Below are positions 9,633-19,410 of a stretch of 49,503 bases of DNA, in pieces. The translations under genes were made by a program, and so were the position numbers. Source of the stretch: a virus (Duplodnaviria > Heunggongvirae > Uroviricota > Caudoviricetes); the IMG/VR virus record IMGVR_UViG_3300006100_000010; one strand, given 5' to 3'. The stretch's first letter is position 1. Every line of letters starts with the position of its first letter. The notes below the pieces were generated by a model, which was not told the DNA's origin, did not search any database, and worked only from the letters and a program-made list of their open reading frames with translations.

Positions 9633-11489
9633 ATGTATAGTTTTTCTGAATACTTAGACAGGAATAATTACGATTATTACGCACGACAAATACTTACCCA
9701 AAACGAACAAGTAATAACTCACGCCTTAACTTTTGAGAATATTACATGGGAAGCAGATCTACTAAACTCAGTAGAGGATCTCATACCGGAAAGTTTCAAT
9801 TTACACTTAGACTTGATCCTAGATGGAGGATCTAAAGCCATATCTCACTACTACCACGAATTAGCAAAAGGCAAAAACGTAATTTTAGAGAAAGCCAAGG
9901 CAACTCTAGATTCAGCAAGTGTCACTCAAATTGACGAGGCATTTACCTCATTTATGCATGAGGTCAAAACAAAAATATCACAGCTAAACGAACAGTTTAC
10001 CTCAACGGTTGATCCTGGAATGGCGGCTGCCGGCATTGATCCTGATTCCATTACCAAAGCAATGGCAGGGTTTAAAACTGACGGTGACACAGATAAAAGT
10101 AAATCTGGAATATTTGAAACGATTAAAGAATTACTTAGTGCCTTAACCGAAGGTGGAAGTTTCTTTGGAATCCTACAGCTTATTTTAGATGTAGTTGGAC
10201 TTATCGGTGGACCGGGTTGGGGCACAGCCGCCGACTCTATAAATGCAATCATCTATTTTCTTAGGGGTAAAACTTTACTTGGAATATTATCAATTGTATC
10301 TGCAATTCTTGGCGCAGCCGCAGGCCCTTTAAAAATGCTTAAGTTTGGAAAATCTGCAGCAAAAACTGAGGAGATCATAATAACTTTAACCAAGAGTGGA
10401 AAGTCAAGGGAAGCTGCTGAAATGTTAGTAAAACTTCCAGCAAAAGAGCAAGGAATTGTTATGAAAGCTCTGCGATTTATTGCGGGCAACATAACGGAAG
10501 TAATGGCAAAGGCAGGTAGCGCAGTTTCCAAGTTTTTTACTGAGTTTCTAACAAAGGTTACAAGCTGGATTCCTGGAATAGGTGGTCCACTTAAAACTGT
10601 GTTTGAAAAGATTGGTGCAACTTTGGAAAAATGGACTGCAAGTTTAACTACCTTTTCTAAGGAATTTAAAGAGGCTGAGTCTACTGCTATTAAAATTTCA
10701 ATGAAGGAAGCTGGCACACATATTGCAACTATGCTTCAAAAGGGCGGCAAGATGGAATTAGATGAGGCCGCAAACCTAGTGAGAGTCTTGGATAAAGAGG
10801 GAAAACCAATCGGCTCTTTTTCAAAAGAGTTTTTGAAGAAGTCTAAGGTGCTAAACGATAAAATGCCCGGACTATATAAAGATCCTAAAGCTCTAGTTAA
10901 CTATTACAATTCAGTAAGCAAAACAACTCCTAAATTTACAGAAGCGATCGGTAATTTCTTTTCTACTGCATTTAAGGCTAAATTTAATACTGCAAAGCTT
11001 GCGATATTCCTAGGAAAGGAATTTATTAAATATTCTACAGGAAACCCTAAACAGGGCCTAACCCTGACTGAACCTGAATATCAATATTATGGAAATTCTA
11101 CATTGAATTCTATTATAAAAGATGAAATGAAGAAAAAGGAGGATGCGACTGGCGCAAAATATGCAGCTGAAGTTACTCTAGATTCGTCAGATGAATCGAC
11201 GATGAAATTAGTAACTGGTTATCAAAACGAGTATGCAAAACTTGTAGGCGAGCCAAGCATAATAAATGTTGCTTATAACAAATTTAGAAACGACGATACT
11301 GAAAACGAGTTTAAAGAATTTTGGGATAGCGTTGCTGCTGGTAAAGTAAAGAAAGAAGAGGATGGAGCCGTTGTAAGAACAAATGCCGACTCAGAAGCTG
11401 AGCCTGCTCCTTCTGAGAGGCCCTACAATGAATCCTTTTCTGGAAACAAGATACTTTCTTATTCAGAATACCGTAAATTTAGCCGATAA
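9633..11489 (+). CDS. Hypothetical late protein with hydrophobic Gly/Ala-rich central segment
   Basis: 618 aa; late motif upstream; starts MYSFSEYL and ends KILSYSEY. Confidence 0.65.
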   Translation: MYSFSEYLDRNNYDYYARQILTQNEQVITHALTFENITWEADLLNSVEDLIPESFNLHLDLILDGGSKAISHYYHELAKGKNVILEKAKATLDSASVTQIDEAFTSFMHEVKTKISQLNEQFTSTVDPGMAAAGIDPDSITKAMAGFKTDGDTDKSKSGIFETIKELLSALTEGGSFFGILQLILDVVGLIGGPGWGTAADSINAIIYFLRGKTLLGILSIVSAILGAAAGPLKMLKFGKSAAKTEEIIITLTKSGKSREAAEMLVKLPAKEQGIVMKALRFIAGNITEVMAKAGSAVSKFFTEFLTKVTSWIPGIGGPLKTVFEKIGATLEKWTASLTTFSKEFKEAESTAIKISMKEAGTHIATMLQKGGKMELDEAANLVRVLDKEGKPIGSFSKEFLKKSKVLNDKMPGLYKDPKALVNYYNSVSKTTPKFTEAIGNFFSTAFKAKFNTAKLAIFLGKEFIKYSTGNPKQGLTLTEPEYQYYGNSTLNSIIKDEMKKKEDATGAKYAAEVTLDSSDESTMKLVTGYQNEYAKLVGEPSIINVAYNKFRNDDTENEFKEFWDSVAAGKVKKEEDGAVVRTNADSEAEPAPSERPYNESFSGNKILSYSEYRKFSR

Positions 11490-11490
11490 G

Positions 11491-12330
11491 ATGAAATTAG
11501 AGAAATTTAAAACCTACTCCCAAAGGTACGAAAAGGACCCTAGAAACTTTGAAAAAATGGTGATTTTTGCTTCACCTAGCGATAAGGGTCTTGATCTTTT
11601 TGAAACAATACACGATGCTAAATTGTTAGGCAAGCCTTTTGAAAAGCCAGTAGTCACATGGAACGGATTTGAATTGGGTCTTAATGAGAGCCATACAGTA
11701 TTCAATAGGATCCAGATGCCAGAATACGAGGAAGTTGCCGATGCTTTTAAAGAAGAACCATTTATTCCAAAAACAGTCTCCTCTCGAAATGCAGTAAGCG
11801 GGCTAACGTTTCCAATAACTGGAATATCCGGTTCTGACAGGGAAGACTTTAAAACTCTAGGCAAATTTAAAAAGTCCGAGAAGACCTTTGATAAGTTTAG
11901 GGAAAAGTTGGTACCTCTCACTAGATTCTCAGTGCTTGCCTTTAAAGGTGAACCGATTCACATACAGGAAAAAATAAATAAGGCAGGATTTGATATTGAT
12001 CCGGAAAGATTCAAGTATCAGGAGAGCATCTCTGACGCTCTAAAAAAGATCCATGCAAAATATCCTACTGATTTTCAAAATTTTGATTTCATAGATGTTG
12101 GCGGAGGCCGAGCCTACCTAGAGTCGTTTGATTCAAACTCAAAGCTGACCCCTTCCCAATTGGTAAAGATGTACGAATCGGTCTATGAGAACTATTATGA
12201 AACTCGACTACCTAGCTGGTTTAAAAACCAATTATTTGAAAAATATGTAAAACCGTATTTGGCAACTAAGTACTTTGATTCTATGCTACTAAAGCCAAAA
12301 AATTCAATGGACTTCAAAAAATTTATATAA
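11491..12330 (+). CDS. Hypothetical protein, weak ATP-grasp-like features
   Basis: Likely start ATG 11491, right after the upstream stop; the fold guess is tentative. Confidence 0.5.
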   Translation: MKLEKFKTYSQRYEKDPRNFEKMVIFASPSDKGLDLFETIHDAKLLGKPFEKPVVTWNGFELGLNESHTVFNRIQMPEYEEVADAFKEEPFIPKTVSSRNAVSGLTFPITGISGSDREDFKTLGKFKKSEKTFDKFREKLVPLTRFSVLAFKGEPIHIQEKINKAGFDIDPERFKYQESISDALKKIHAKYPTDFQNFDFIDVGGGRAYLESFDSNSKLTPSQLVKMYESVYENYYETRLPSWFKNQLFEKYVKPYLATKYFDSMLLKPKNSMDFKKFI

Positions 12331-12522
12331 GTGATCATAATTGATTGTAATAACAAAAAGTTTGAAATGTGTCTCAAGGAGTATCGCAAGAGAAGCGACA
12401 AGGCTGGCACAATTAGTGAATTAGTTAAACGTAAGAAACACACAAAACCTTCTGAAAAAAGAAGAGCCGAGATTCTTGCTGCAAAATATCGTAACCTAAA
12501 AGCAAAAAATGATGAACTTTAA
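12331..12522 (+). CDS. rpsU: Phage-encoded 30S ribosomal protein bS21
   Basis: 63 aa basic protein, LKEYRKR..KAGTISEL.KRK...KPSEKRR pattern of S21. Confidence 0.85.
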   Translation: MIIIDCNNKKFEMCLKEYRKRSDKAGTISELVKRKKHTKPSEKRRAEILAAKYRNLKAKNDEL

Positions 12523-12988
12523 CGAATTCATAAATGAGGAGTCTCTGGAAAGCAGATCTGCCGCTGGAGTTGCCATCATTTACAATAACAAGATATTGCT
12601 AGTTCATCCTACTGGAGCTTCATGGCAAAAGGGGACTTGCGGTATTCCAAAGGGAGGTATTGATCCTCATGAAGACACACTAGATGCTGCACTCAGGGAA
12701 CTAAAGGAGGAGACTGGAATAACTCTTGATCCTTCTGCTCTAGACAAGTCGCCTGAAGTAGTCGTATCACAACACCCCAAGAAAAATAAGTTACGTCACC
12801 TCACGTACTACATCTGCCGAATATCGGATCTATCCAAGATCGGACTCACGTCCGAAAGGGTACCCAAAGATCAACTACAGCTCGAAGAGATTGATTGGGC
12901 AAAATTTATGAGCGCTGAGGAAGCCTATCCAATAATGGCACAGAGCCAGTTGATTATCCTAGATCGTCACCTTACTCTAAATAAATAA
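12509..12988 (+). CDS. Nudix hydrolase
   Basis: Nudix box GGIDPHEDTLDAALRELKEETGI. Confidence 0.92.
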   Translation: MMNFNEFINEESLESRSAAGVAIIYNNKILLVHPTGASWQKGTCGIPKGGIDPHEDTLDAALRELKEETGITLDPSALDKSPEVVVSQHPKKNKLRHLTYYICRISDLSKIGLTSERVPKDQLQLEEIDWAKFMSAEEAYPIMAQSQLIILDRHLTLNK

Positions 12989-13003
12989 AAATAAAGAGTA
13001 GAA

Positions 13004-14263
13004 ATGTCATATCTCGTATCATACAGTCGTTGGAAAATGTTAACGGAATCTGCAAACGGTCAGCTTTCAAATGACGAGTTAGTAGCGATAGATTCGACAG
13101 GTGACTTAAAGCTAAACAAGGCAGCTGCAGCTGCCTACGCTAAAATGAAGGCGGCAGCTGAAGCAGACGGAATTCGCTGGAAACCAATTGACGCATATCG
13201 TGATATTGAAGATCAACAGAAAATGGCAGCTGACTTCGGTCAGTTTAAAACCGGCGGAAAAGCATCTACTCCAGGAAACTCAAATCACGGTTGGGGCGGA
13301 GCAGTTGATTTGGACATAAAGGCTGGCGGCCCAGAATACAAGTGGTTAAAGGCTAACGCTTCAAAATTTGGATTTTCAACTATCCCTGATCAGCCATGGC
13401 ACTGGGAACACACCGCAAGCACAAGGTCAATGGAAACGTCAACTGGCCAACCTAAAGAATCTGAACCTGAACTTCCAAAGAACCCTACTGCACCAGATGA
13501 GACTAAACTTGCAAAGGTTGATCAGTTTTACAATGCATTGGGAGAAATAGCTTCGCCGATATCTCAACAGGATGATAAGACTTATTCATTTAGTAAAGCG
13601 GTAAAAGCCGTACAGACGGGCTTGGAGCTCCTAGGTTATCCTCTTGCTCAGCATGGAGTAGACGGACTCTTTGGTCCTGAAACCAAAGCTCAGGTTGATA
13701 AATTCCAAAAAGATAACTCACTACCTGAAACTGGCACAATCGATAAAGCGACAGCAGATAAGATCACTGCCCTACTAAAAGAAAAGAAGATCTCAGATAA
13801 GGACGTTGAAAAATATGCATCTAGCACTTCACTCGACGTAAAGATGAAGGACGACGATTTTTATAAGTCTCTACTTACTACACTAGGCGCACCAATCACT
13901 GACGACAATCTTAAATTTCTTTATGCATGGAGACAAGTGGAAGGAGGTACCGCAAAGAACAATCCATTCAATACCACATATCAACTGTCAAAGGACAAGG
14001 ACAGCACCAATTACAACAGCGTAAAAGTTAAGAATTATTCTACTCCTGAATATGGAGTTGAAGCGACTGCCAGAACGCTAATGCTTCCATACTACACAGA
14101 TATTCTAAACGGACTAAGAAACGATATTGGTCTGGACGCACTATCTAAATCAAAGGGACTAGTTACTTGGTCAGGAAACAGTCCAACTTACCTTAACTTA
14201 TTCTCAAATGTGGTGAAAGGCTATGCTGCAGGTAATGCTCCTGCGCCTCATAATATTGCATAA
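13004..14263 (+). CDS. Modular peptidoglycan hydrolase: M15B (VanY-like) peptidase, PG-binding domain, C-terminal NNPFNTT domain
   Basis: AYRD, SNHGWGGAVD and PWHWEH (M15B); DGLFGPETKAQVDKFQKDNSL (PG-binding); NNPFNTT motif. Confidence 0.8.
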   Translation: MSYLVSYSRWKMLTESANGQLSNDELVAIDSTGDLKLNKAAAAAYAKMKAAAEADGIRWKPIDAYRDIEDQQKMAADFGQFKTGGKASTPGNSNHGWGGAVDLDIKAGGPEYKWLKANASKFGFSTIPDQPWHWEHTASTRSMETSTGQPKESEPELPKNPTAPDETKLAKVDQFYNALGEIASPISQQDDKTYSFSKAVKAVQTGLELLGYPLAQHGVDGLFGPETKAQVDKFQKDNSLPETGTIDKATADKITALLKEKKISDKDVEKYASSTSLDVKMKDDDFYKSLLTTLGAPITDDNLKFLYAWRQVEGGTAKNNPFNTTYQLSKDKDSTNYNSVKVKNYSTPEYGVEATARTLMLPYYTDILNGLRNDIGLDALSKSKGLVTWSGNSPTYLNLFSNVVKGYAAGNAPAPHNIA

Positions 14264-14324
14264 TTTTCCAAAGTTTAAAACTTAGTGTCTCTGCATTGTA
14301 TAAGAGACCTAAACAAATAAACAA

Positions 14325-14825
14325 ATGGAAGATAACACAACAGACGTAGCACCAGGTGCCACAGAACAAGTCACAACTCAAGAAGATCAAACCCTAGAAC
14401 CAGGTCATGTTCAGGAAGTTATTCCTGAAGTAGAAGATCCTCTAACCAAGCTAATTAACGCTAGAACTGGAAACTTTGAGGTAAAGATCGGCTATGCTGA
14501 ACTTAAATACCTTAAAAATCACCTTCAGTCAAAGATTGAATGGAAAGGTCCAAACGAGGCTTATTTGTTGATAATGGCTACGCTCAGCATCAGCGATATT
14601 ATAAAAGGAATGGATCCCAAGACTCCTGCTGCAGTGCCTTTGCAATTTCCAGCAACAATTATCGAATCTCTAAACTACTTCATCAATAAAGTAAAGGGCA
14701 CTGGAATTGATTCAGCTCAAAAATTATTTTCAATTGCAATGATGTTCAGACCTGCAACCGAAGCGATCTCTAAACTCGATAAGCAGATAGAGAGCCTAAA
14801 TGCCGCTCCTGCTGAAAAAAACTAA
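14325..14825 (+). CDS. Hypothetical protein
   Basis: 166 aa ORF with A-rich start context. Confidence 0.6.
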   Translation: MEDNTTDVAPGATEQVTTQEDQTLEPGHVQEVIPEVEDPLTKLINARTGNFEVKIGYAELKYLKNHLQSKIEWKGPNEAYLLIMATLSISDIIKGMDPKTPAAVPLQFPATIIESLNYFINKVKGTGIDSAQKLFSIAMMFRPATEAISKLDKQIESLNAAPAEKN

Positions 14826-14871
14826 AAAACCTGAGCACGAGGTTAGATAAATAATAAAAAACTAAACCGAA

Positions 14872-15288
14872 ATGAAAGTTCAAAATTTTGCAGGTTTTAT
14901 GAAATCTCGTACACTCAACGAGGACGATATGTACGGAAGTAACAACTTCGGTAGCACTGACCAGACTGAAGAGTGGAGAGACGATCAAAACACATATAGC
15001 ATGGACGGAGGCGCATTTGGTGCAAATCCGGCAGATGAAAAAGACGAAGATCACATGGATGATAATCCAGAAGATCAGGATAATATGGAAGAAGGCGAAG
15101 AAAAAGAGGTAACTCTCGAAGATCTTAAAGCCATGATCGAGGATCTTACTGAAAGAGTTGAAAAACTTGAAGAAGGCGAAGAAGGTGAAGAACCTAAAGA
15201 GGGAGAAGAAGGTGAAGAAGGCGAAGAGCCTAAAGAGGGAGAAGAAGGTGAAGAGCCTAAAGAGGGAGAAGAAAAACCTGCAAAGTAA
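14872..15288 (+). CDS. Highly acidic protein with EEGEEPKEG repeats (scaffold/internal head protein candidate)
   Basis: Late motif upstream; short coiled coil then tandem GAAGAAGGTGAAGARCCTAAAGAGGGA repeats. Confidence 0.65.
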   Translation: MKVQNFAGFMKSRTLNEDDMYGSNNFGSTDQTEEWRDDQNTYSMDGGAFGANPADEKDEDHMDDNPEDQDNMEEGEEKEVTLEDLKAMIEDLTERVEKLEEGEEGEEPKEGEEGEEGEEPKEGEEGEEPKEGEEKPAK

Positions 15289-15308
15289 TCCTTAATTCAT
15301 AGATTTTT

Positions 15309-15343
15309 AAAATGGGCGGACGTTTAACGACTGCCCATTTTTT
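15309..15343 (+). terminator. Rho-independent terminator
   Basis: AAAATGGGCG...TGCCCATTTT followed by T run. Confidence 0.75.
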
Positions 15344-15360
15344 GTTTAATAAATAATCAT

Positions 15361-15798
15361 ATGAGCCACTACATAAACAACCTAACGCTTCCTCTATTTG
15401 AGACATTTTGTCGTAAGACTCAAGTAGACGGAAAGACAATCGAAGCCAAGATAGGAGACAATACGTTACTGCTAAAAGTCGCAACTACTCCAGCGAGTCA
15501 AGCGCAGGGTTACATGGGAGCAAAAGAGTCACCAAATGAAAATGAAGGTATTATGTTTGTGTATGACGAGCCGATGCCGCTTTCCTTTTGGATGAAAAAC
15601 GTCAACTTTCCACTAGACATAATGTTCTTTGATTCGGAAATGCAGTGTGTCGGTTACGAGACAATGGATCCATACCGTGGCGAACCTGACACAGCAATAA
15701 AACACTACATAAGTAAGAAACCTGCAAGATTTGCAGTCGAAGTCATGGCTGGCTGGTGCTCCAAGAACTTTAAAGAGGGCGCCACTCTTTCTTTTTAA
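15361..15798 (+). CDS. DUF192 family protein
   Basis: VATTPASQAQG, GIMFVY, FWMKNVNFPLDIMF, FAVEVMAG. Confidence 0.85.
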   Translation: MSHYINNLTLPLFETFCRKTQVDGKTIEAKIGDNTLLLKVATTPASQAQGYMGAKESPNENEGIMFVYDEPMPLSFWMKNVNFPLDIMFFDSEMQCVGYETMDPYRGEPDTAIKHYISKKPARFAVEVMAGWCSKNFKEGATLSF

Positions 15799-15837
15799 AG
15801 CTGCAAAACTTTTAGTATCTTGTACTAAAAGCTACAT

Positions 15838-17220
15838 ATGTCAATAAAACAAATTTTCGATGAGATTGCTAGCGAGTCTGGCTCAAACCGAAAGATGGAG
15901 ATCCTTGAATCTCACAAAGACAATCCTGTACTCAAGCAGGTTCTATACCTTGCAAACTCACGTAGAGTAAAGTTCTACATCAAGCAAATTCCAAAATACG
16001 TACCTTGCACTGAGAATCCTGCAAGCCTAGAATCGGCTCTTCCGGCACTCTCAGTTCTTTCACAGCGAATCGTGACAGGAAACGACGCGATCCAGCACCT
16101 CACTGAAATACTGAGCGATCTTACAGCAGAGGATGCATACATCATCGAGCGCATCATCGACAAAGATTGCAAAATCGGAATGGGTACGACCAACATCAAC
16201 AAAATATTTCCTGATCTTATCGAGGAGACCCCTTACATGGGAGCTCGAGCATTTAGCAGAGAAGCAGTGCTCAAGATACTCGACAAAGGCAAGGCACTAA
16301 GCCAAATAAAAATGGACGGTCGTTACTGCAATGCAGTGATCCGTAGGGGAATCGTCGATCTGGAAAGCCGACAGGGAGAAACCAATCACCTTACTGGCGC
16401 AACCTTCCTCTCTGAGCTTACCGGCTTTCCCGACTGCGTGCTGAATGGTGAGCTTACAATGGACGGGATCCATCGCTACATAAGCAATGGAATTATTGGA
16501 TCGCTCATCACAATCATCGGCAAAGTGGAAGACGACAAAGACGTCTCAAAAGAAACAGAAAACTTTTATGCTGAAAACGGAATGACAGTCAGCGAAGCGC
16601 TTAAAAGGATCAGGTATACTGTCTGGGACACTATTAGCATCGAGGAATATGGATCAAAAGGCTCAAATGAACCGTACTACAGGAGGTTACAGAAGGTCTC
16701 AGAATACATTACAGCGTCCAGCTCCACTATGGTATCCCTGGTTGAAGTGGTTGAAGTGACTACTTACCCTGAAGCAATGTCCCACTTTCAGAAACTAATT
16801 AATGCCGGACACGAAGGAACCATCTTGAAAGCGTATGACGGCCCGTGGAAAGACGGAAAGCCAAACCACCAAATAAAGCTGAAACTCGAGATTGACCTCG
16901 ATCTCAAGATCGTGGGTTTCAATTACGGCACCGGCAAAAATGAAAAGCTCATCTCCTCAGTCACTTGCGAAAGCTCAGACGGAAAGCTTAGAACTTCTCC
17001 GACTGGTATAAAAGAAAAGACGATGCACTGGATCACTGAAAACCAGGAGGCACTGATGGGAAAGATCCTTAAGGTCAAGTGCTCAGGGATCTCACAAGAC
17101 AGTCTAAATAATTACTCACTGCTTCACCCGGTATACAAGGAGATTCGTGACGACAAAGAGGTCGCTGACTCTTTGGAGACTATCCTTGACATAGAGGCAA
17201 TGGCAAAAGGTTTAAAGTAA
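15838..17220 (+). CDS. ATP-dependent DNA ligase
   Basis: Motif I KMDGRY, motif III LNGEL, motif IV EGTILK, motif V IKLK, OB-fold C-terminus. Confidence 0.92.
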   Translation: MSIKQIFDEIASESGSNRKMEILESHKDNPVLKQVLYLANSRRVKFYIKQIPKYVPCTENPASLESALPALSVLSQRIVTGNDAIQHLTEILSDLTAEDAYIIERIIDKDCKIGMGTTNINKIFPDLIEETPYMGARAFSREAVLKILDKGKALSQIKMDGRYCNAVIRRGIVDLESRQGETNHLTGATFLSELTGFPDCVLNGELTMDGIHRYISNGIIGSLITIIGKVEDDKDVSKETENFYAENGMTVSEALKRIRYTVWDTISIEEYGSKGSNEPYYRRLQKVSEYITASSSTMVSLVEVVEVTTYPEAMSHFQKLINAGHEGTILKAYDGPWKDGKPNHQIKLKLEIDLDLKIVGFNYGTGKNEKLISSVTCESSDGKLRTSPTGIKEKTMHWITENQEALMGKILKVKCSGISQDSLNNYSLLHPVYKEIRDDKEVADSLETILDIEAMAKGLK

Positions 17221-17224
17221 AACA

Positions 17225-17797
17225 ATGATAAGACAAATATTTAGCCTTTTTGGCTATACGATAATTGAGACTCAGGTCTATGAAAAGACACTGGGTGACA
17301 TGAAAGACGCTCTGGCTGAGTGTAAAAATGAACTGCAAAGCCAACTTGAGCCCCCTAAATTAACTGCTGAAATATCCTTTACTGAATTTAAAAAGCGGGA
17401 AATGGACACTCTCGATCCTAAATACGACCCGTGGAATCTTTACTGGCGAAAGTACTATTCCGATGCGCATCTTGCCTACTACTTACGCAAACTTTCAAAG
17501 CATCCTGACGTAATAAAACCGTTTTTTGAAGCCTTTGCAAACTTTTCATGGGTAGGAACTGCTGACTACATGCGAAAGGTCAAGTGGTACTGGGCAAGAA
17601 ACAACACTTCTCCGTCTGTCCTTGACTTACATGAGTGCGTGTTTGGTCTACTTGAGTCAGCTCTCGTAGAAATTGAAAAGACTGGGATCACCGACTCAAC
17701 AGTAGAGTCAGGCGGATTTAAAGTAAGAGTCGTGAGGTCACAAAACAAAAAGACCAGAGTAACGATCCAATTCGATAAATCTCTGATCAACGCATAA
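17225..17797 (+). CDS. Hypothetical protein
   Basis: 190 aa, operonic spacing. Confidence 0.55.
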   Translation: MIRQIFSLFGYTIIETQVYEKTLGDMKDALAECKNELQSQLEPPKLTAEISFTEFKKREMDTLDPKYDPWNLYWRKYYSDAHLAYYLRKLSKHPDVIKPFFEAFANFSWVGTADYMRKVKWYWARNNTSPSVLDLHECVFGLLESALVEIEKTGITDSTVESGGFKVRVVRSQNKKTRVTIQFDKSLINA

Positions 17798-17830
17798 AAC
17801 CTAAGCTGTCCAAGCTAAGTATAAAAAATT

Positions 17831-18025
17831 ATGGGATTCTATCAGCAGAGACTTGAAGAAGTAGAAAAGCTTAAAAAGGAGTATGAAAGACTAGGACACG
17901 AAGCTTTTATTGCATCTTTTGCAAAAGTCGATGCCTTCACTGGACCTGCAGATTCAATCCACTTCCTAAACGATTTATTTAAAAAAGAAAAAGAAAAAAG
18001 AGAATGTACTACATCGCAAAAGTAA
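17831..18025 (+). CDS. Hypothetical protein
   Basis: 64 aa, overlaps next gene. Confidence 0.5.
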   Translation: MGFYQQRLEEVEKLKKEYERLGHEAFIASFAKVDAFTGPADSIHFLNDLFKKEKEKRECTTSQK

Positions 18026-18204
18026 AGTTTGAGACATACGACGAAAAGACTGGCCGTACCAAGAAAATGTACGAGCAATACCTTGTTGACGCAGAATCGG
18101 TTTCTGCAGCAGAAGAAAAGGTAAAAGAGAGATTCAAAGACTCAATCGCAGATCATGCAGTAGTCTCAGTTCAGGAATCTAAATTGATGGGCGTAATAAA
18201 ATAA
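18004..18204 (+). CDS. DUF4494-like protein
   Basis: YIAKVKFE...EQYLVDAESVSAAE...VQESKLMGV pattern known from Bacteroidetes and their phages. Confidence 0.7.
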   Translation: MYYIAKVKFETYDEKTGRTKKMYEQYLVDAESVSAAEEKVKERFKDSIADHAVVSVQESKLMGVIK

Positions 18205-18207
18205 GCA

Positions 18208-18510
18208 ATGAAACAGCTTCCAACAGTAGTCGCAGAGAACATCTATACAATGCTCGAAAAGAAACTAGGAGTTAGCCGGGATCATTATGAACGTGAGGCA
18301 TTCATATACCATTATGGAGTAGTCACAGGTGCCCCAAAGGATCACCGGTTACTCTGCAAAGACGGTCAAGCTCGCACTTTTTTCTGTAGCCCACAAAAGA
18401 AGCTATGGGTTGAGGGTCCGGGCACAGACGAGGTAAACCTCATACTTAAACAGGTGAGTAAAAGCGTTCTTCGCAGTCAGCAACTCGAGGAATTTACGGT
18501 AAGCAGATGA
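18208..18510 (+). CDS. Hypothetical protein
   Basis: 100 aa, operonic. Confidence 0.55.
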   Translation: MKQLPTVVAENIYTMLEKKLGVSRDHYEREAFIYHYGVVTGAPKDHRLLCKDGQARTFFCSPQKKLWVEGPGTDEVNLILKQVSKSVLRSQQLEEFTVSR

Positions 18511-18941
18511 CAAACGGATTATTTGTTCCATGGGATAAGGATTCCGAATTTGCAAAAGCGCTCTTTGAGACTCTTTCTGAGAATCTTGCACGTCTTAAGA
18601 TGGAGCATGGAAAGTGGCCAGACTCCCTTATTTTTCATGGAAGGCTGGGACTTGAGCTCTTCGAGTTTATCAATATGATGGGATGGAATCTCAATAAGTT
18701 TAATCCATCAACTAATGTGATGAGCACTGACAGGATCACTTACGAGTATACAAAACCTCTTTCCCAAATAGAAGACCGCGGCGGAACGATATTTGACAAG
18801 TCGCTTAGCGACACGACAGTTAATGGAATACCTGGAGTTGAAACTGTCGCAAAAATAAAATCGGCTTACTCTGGCAATCTTGCCTACACGATTGAAAGAA
18901 CAGTAAGACCTAAGCTTGAAACAAAACTCATAAGAAAATGA
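18507..18941 (+). CDS. Hypothetical protein
   Basis: 144 aa, 4-nt overlaps on both sides. Confidence 0.55.
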   Translation: MTNGLFVPWDKDSEFAKALFETLSENLARLKMEHGKWPDSLIFHGRLGLELFEFINMMGWNLNKFNPSTNVMSTDRITYEYTKPLSQIEDRGGTIFDKSLSDTTVNGIPGVETVAKIKSAYSGNLAYTIERTVRPKLETKLIRK

Positions 18942-19186
18942 ATAAAAAACTAATAGTATTTGTAATAACACTAATGTGGTTAGCATTTGGCATCTTTTTA
19001 TGTACTGAAAAATCCATGGAAAAGAATTGCGAAAAACTAATTACTCCATGCACACAGTCGATCGATAGTCTAAACGAAGTCATTACGAATCTTACAATAG
19101 ACAACACTCGATACGAGATCGTGTTAGAAAAGATTCGTGAGAAAGACTCAACGATCGTAGAAAAAGCTTTAAGAGAAGTAGAATGA
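18938..19186 (+). CDS. Small membrane-anchored coiled-coil protein
   Basis: N-terminal TM helix LIVFVITLMWLAFGIFL. Confidence 0.55.
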   Translation: MNKKLIVFVITLMWLAFGIFLCTEKSMEKNCEKLITPCTQSIDSLNEVITNLTIDNTRYEIVLEKIREKDSTIVEKALREVE

Positions 19187-19410
19187 AGCCGGAAACCAAA
19201 CATTATTTTTCTCCTGACAAGTTATACGGAGATGCCATCGATTACGTAAGAACCGATGAGGACGGCACTATGTGGGTGGGAAACGGAGAGTATGAAAGCC
19301 AGGTAAATTTTTGCCCTTTTACTGGAACTCCTGCCGTGACTCAAATGAAAATAAAAAAAGAAGGATCTCTTGAATGGGCAAAAGGGGAGCCGTACACTGA
19401 ATATGAATAA
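19183..19410 (+). CDS. Hypothetical protein
   Basis: 75 aa with NFCPFTG motif. Confidence 0.55.
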   Translation: MKPETKHYFSPDKLYGDAIDYVRTDEDGTMWVGNGEYESQVNFCPFTGTPAVTQMKIKKEGSLEWAKGEPYTEYE

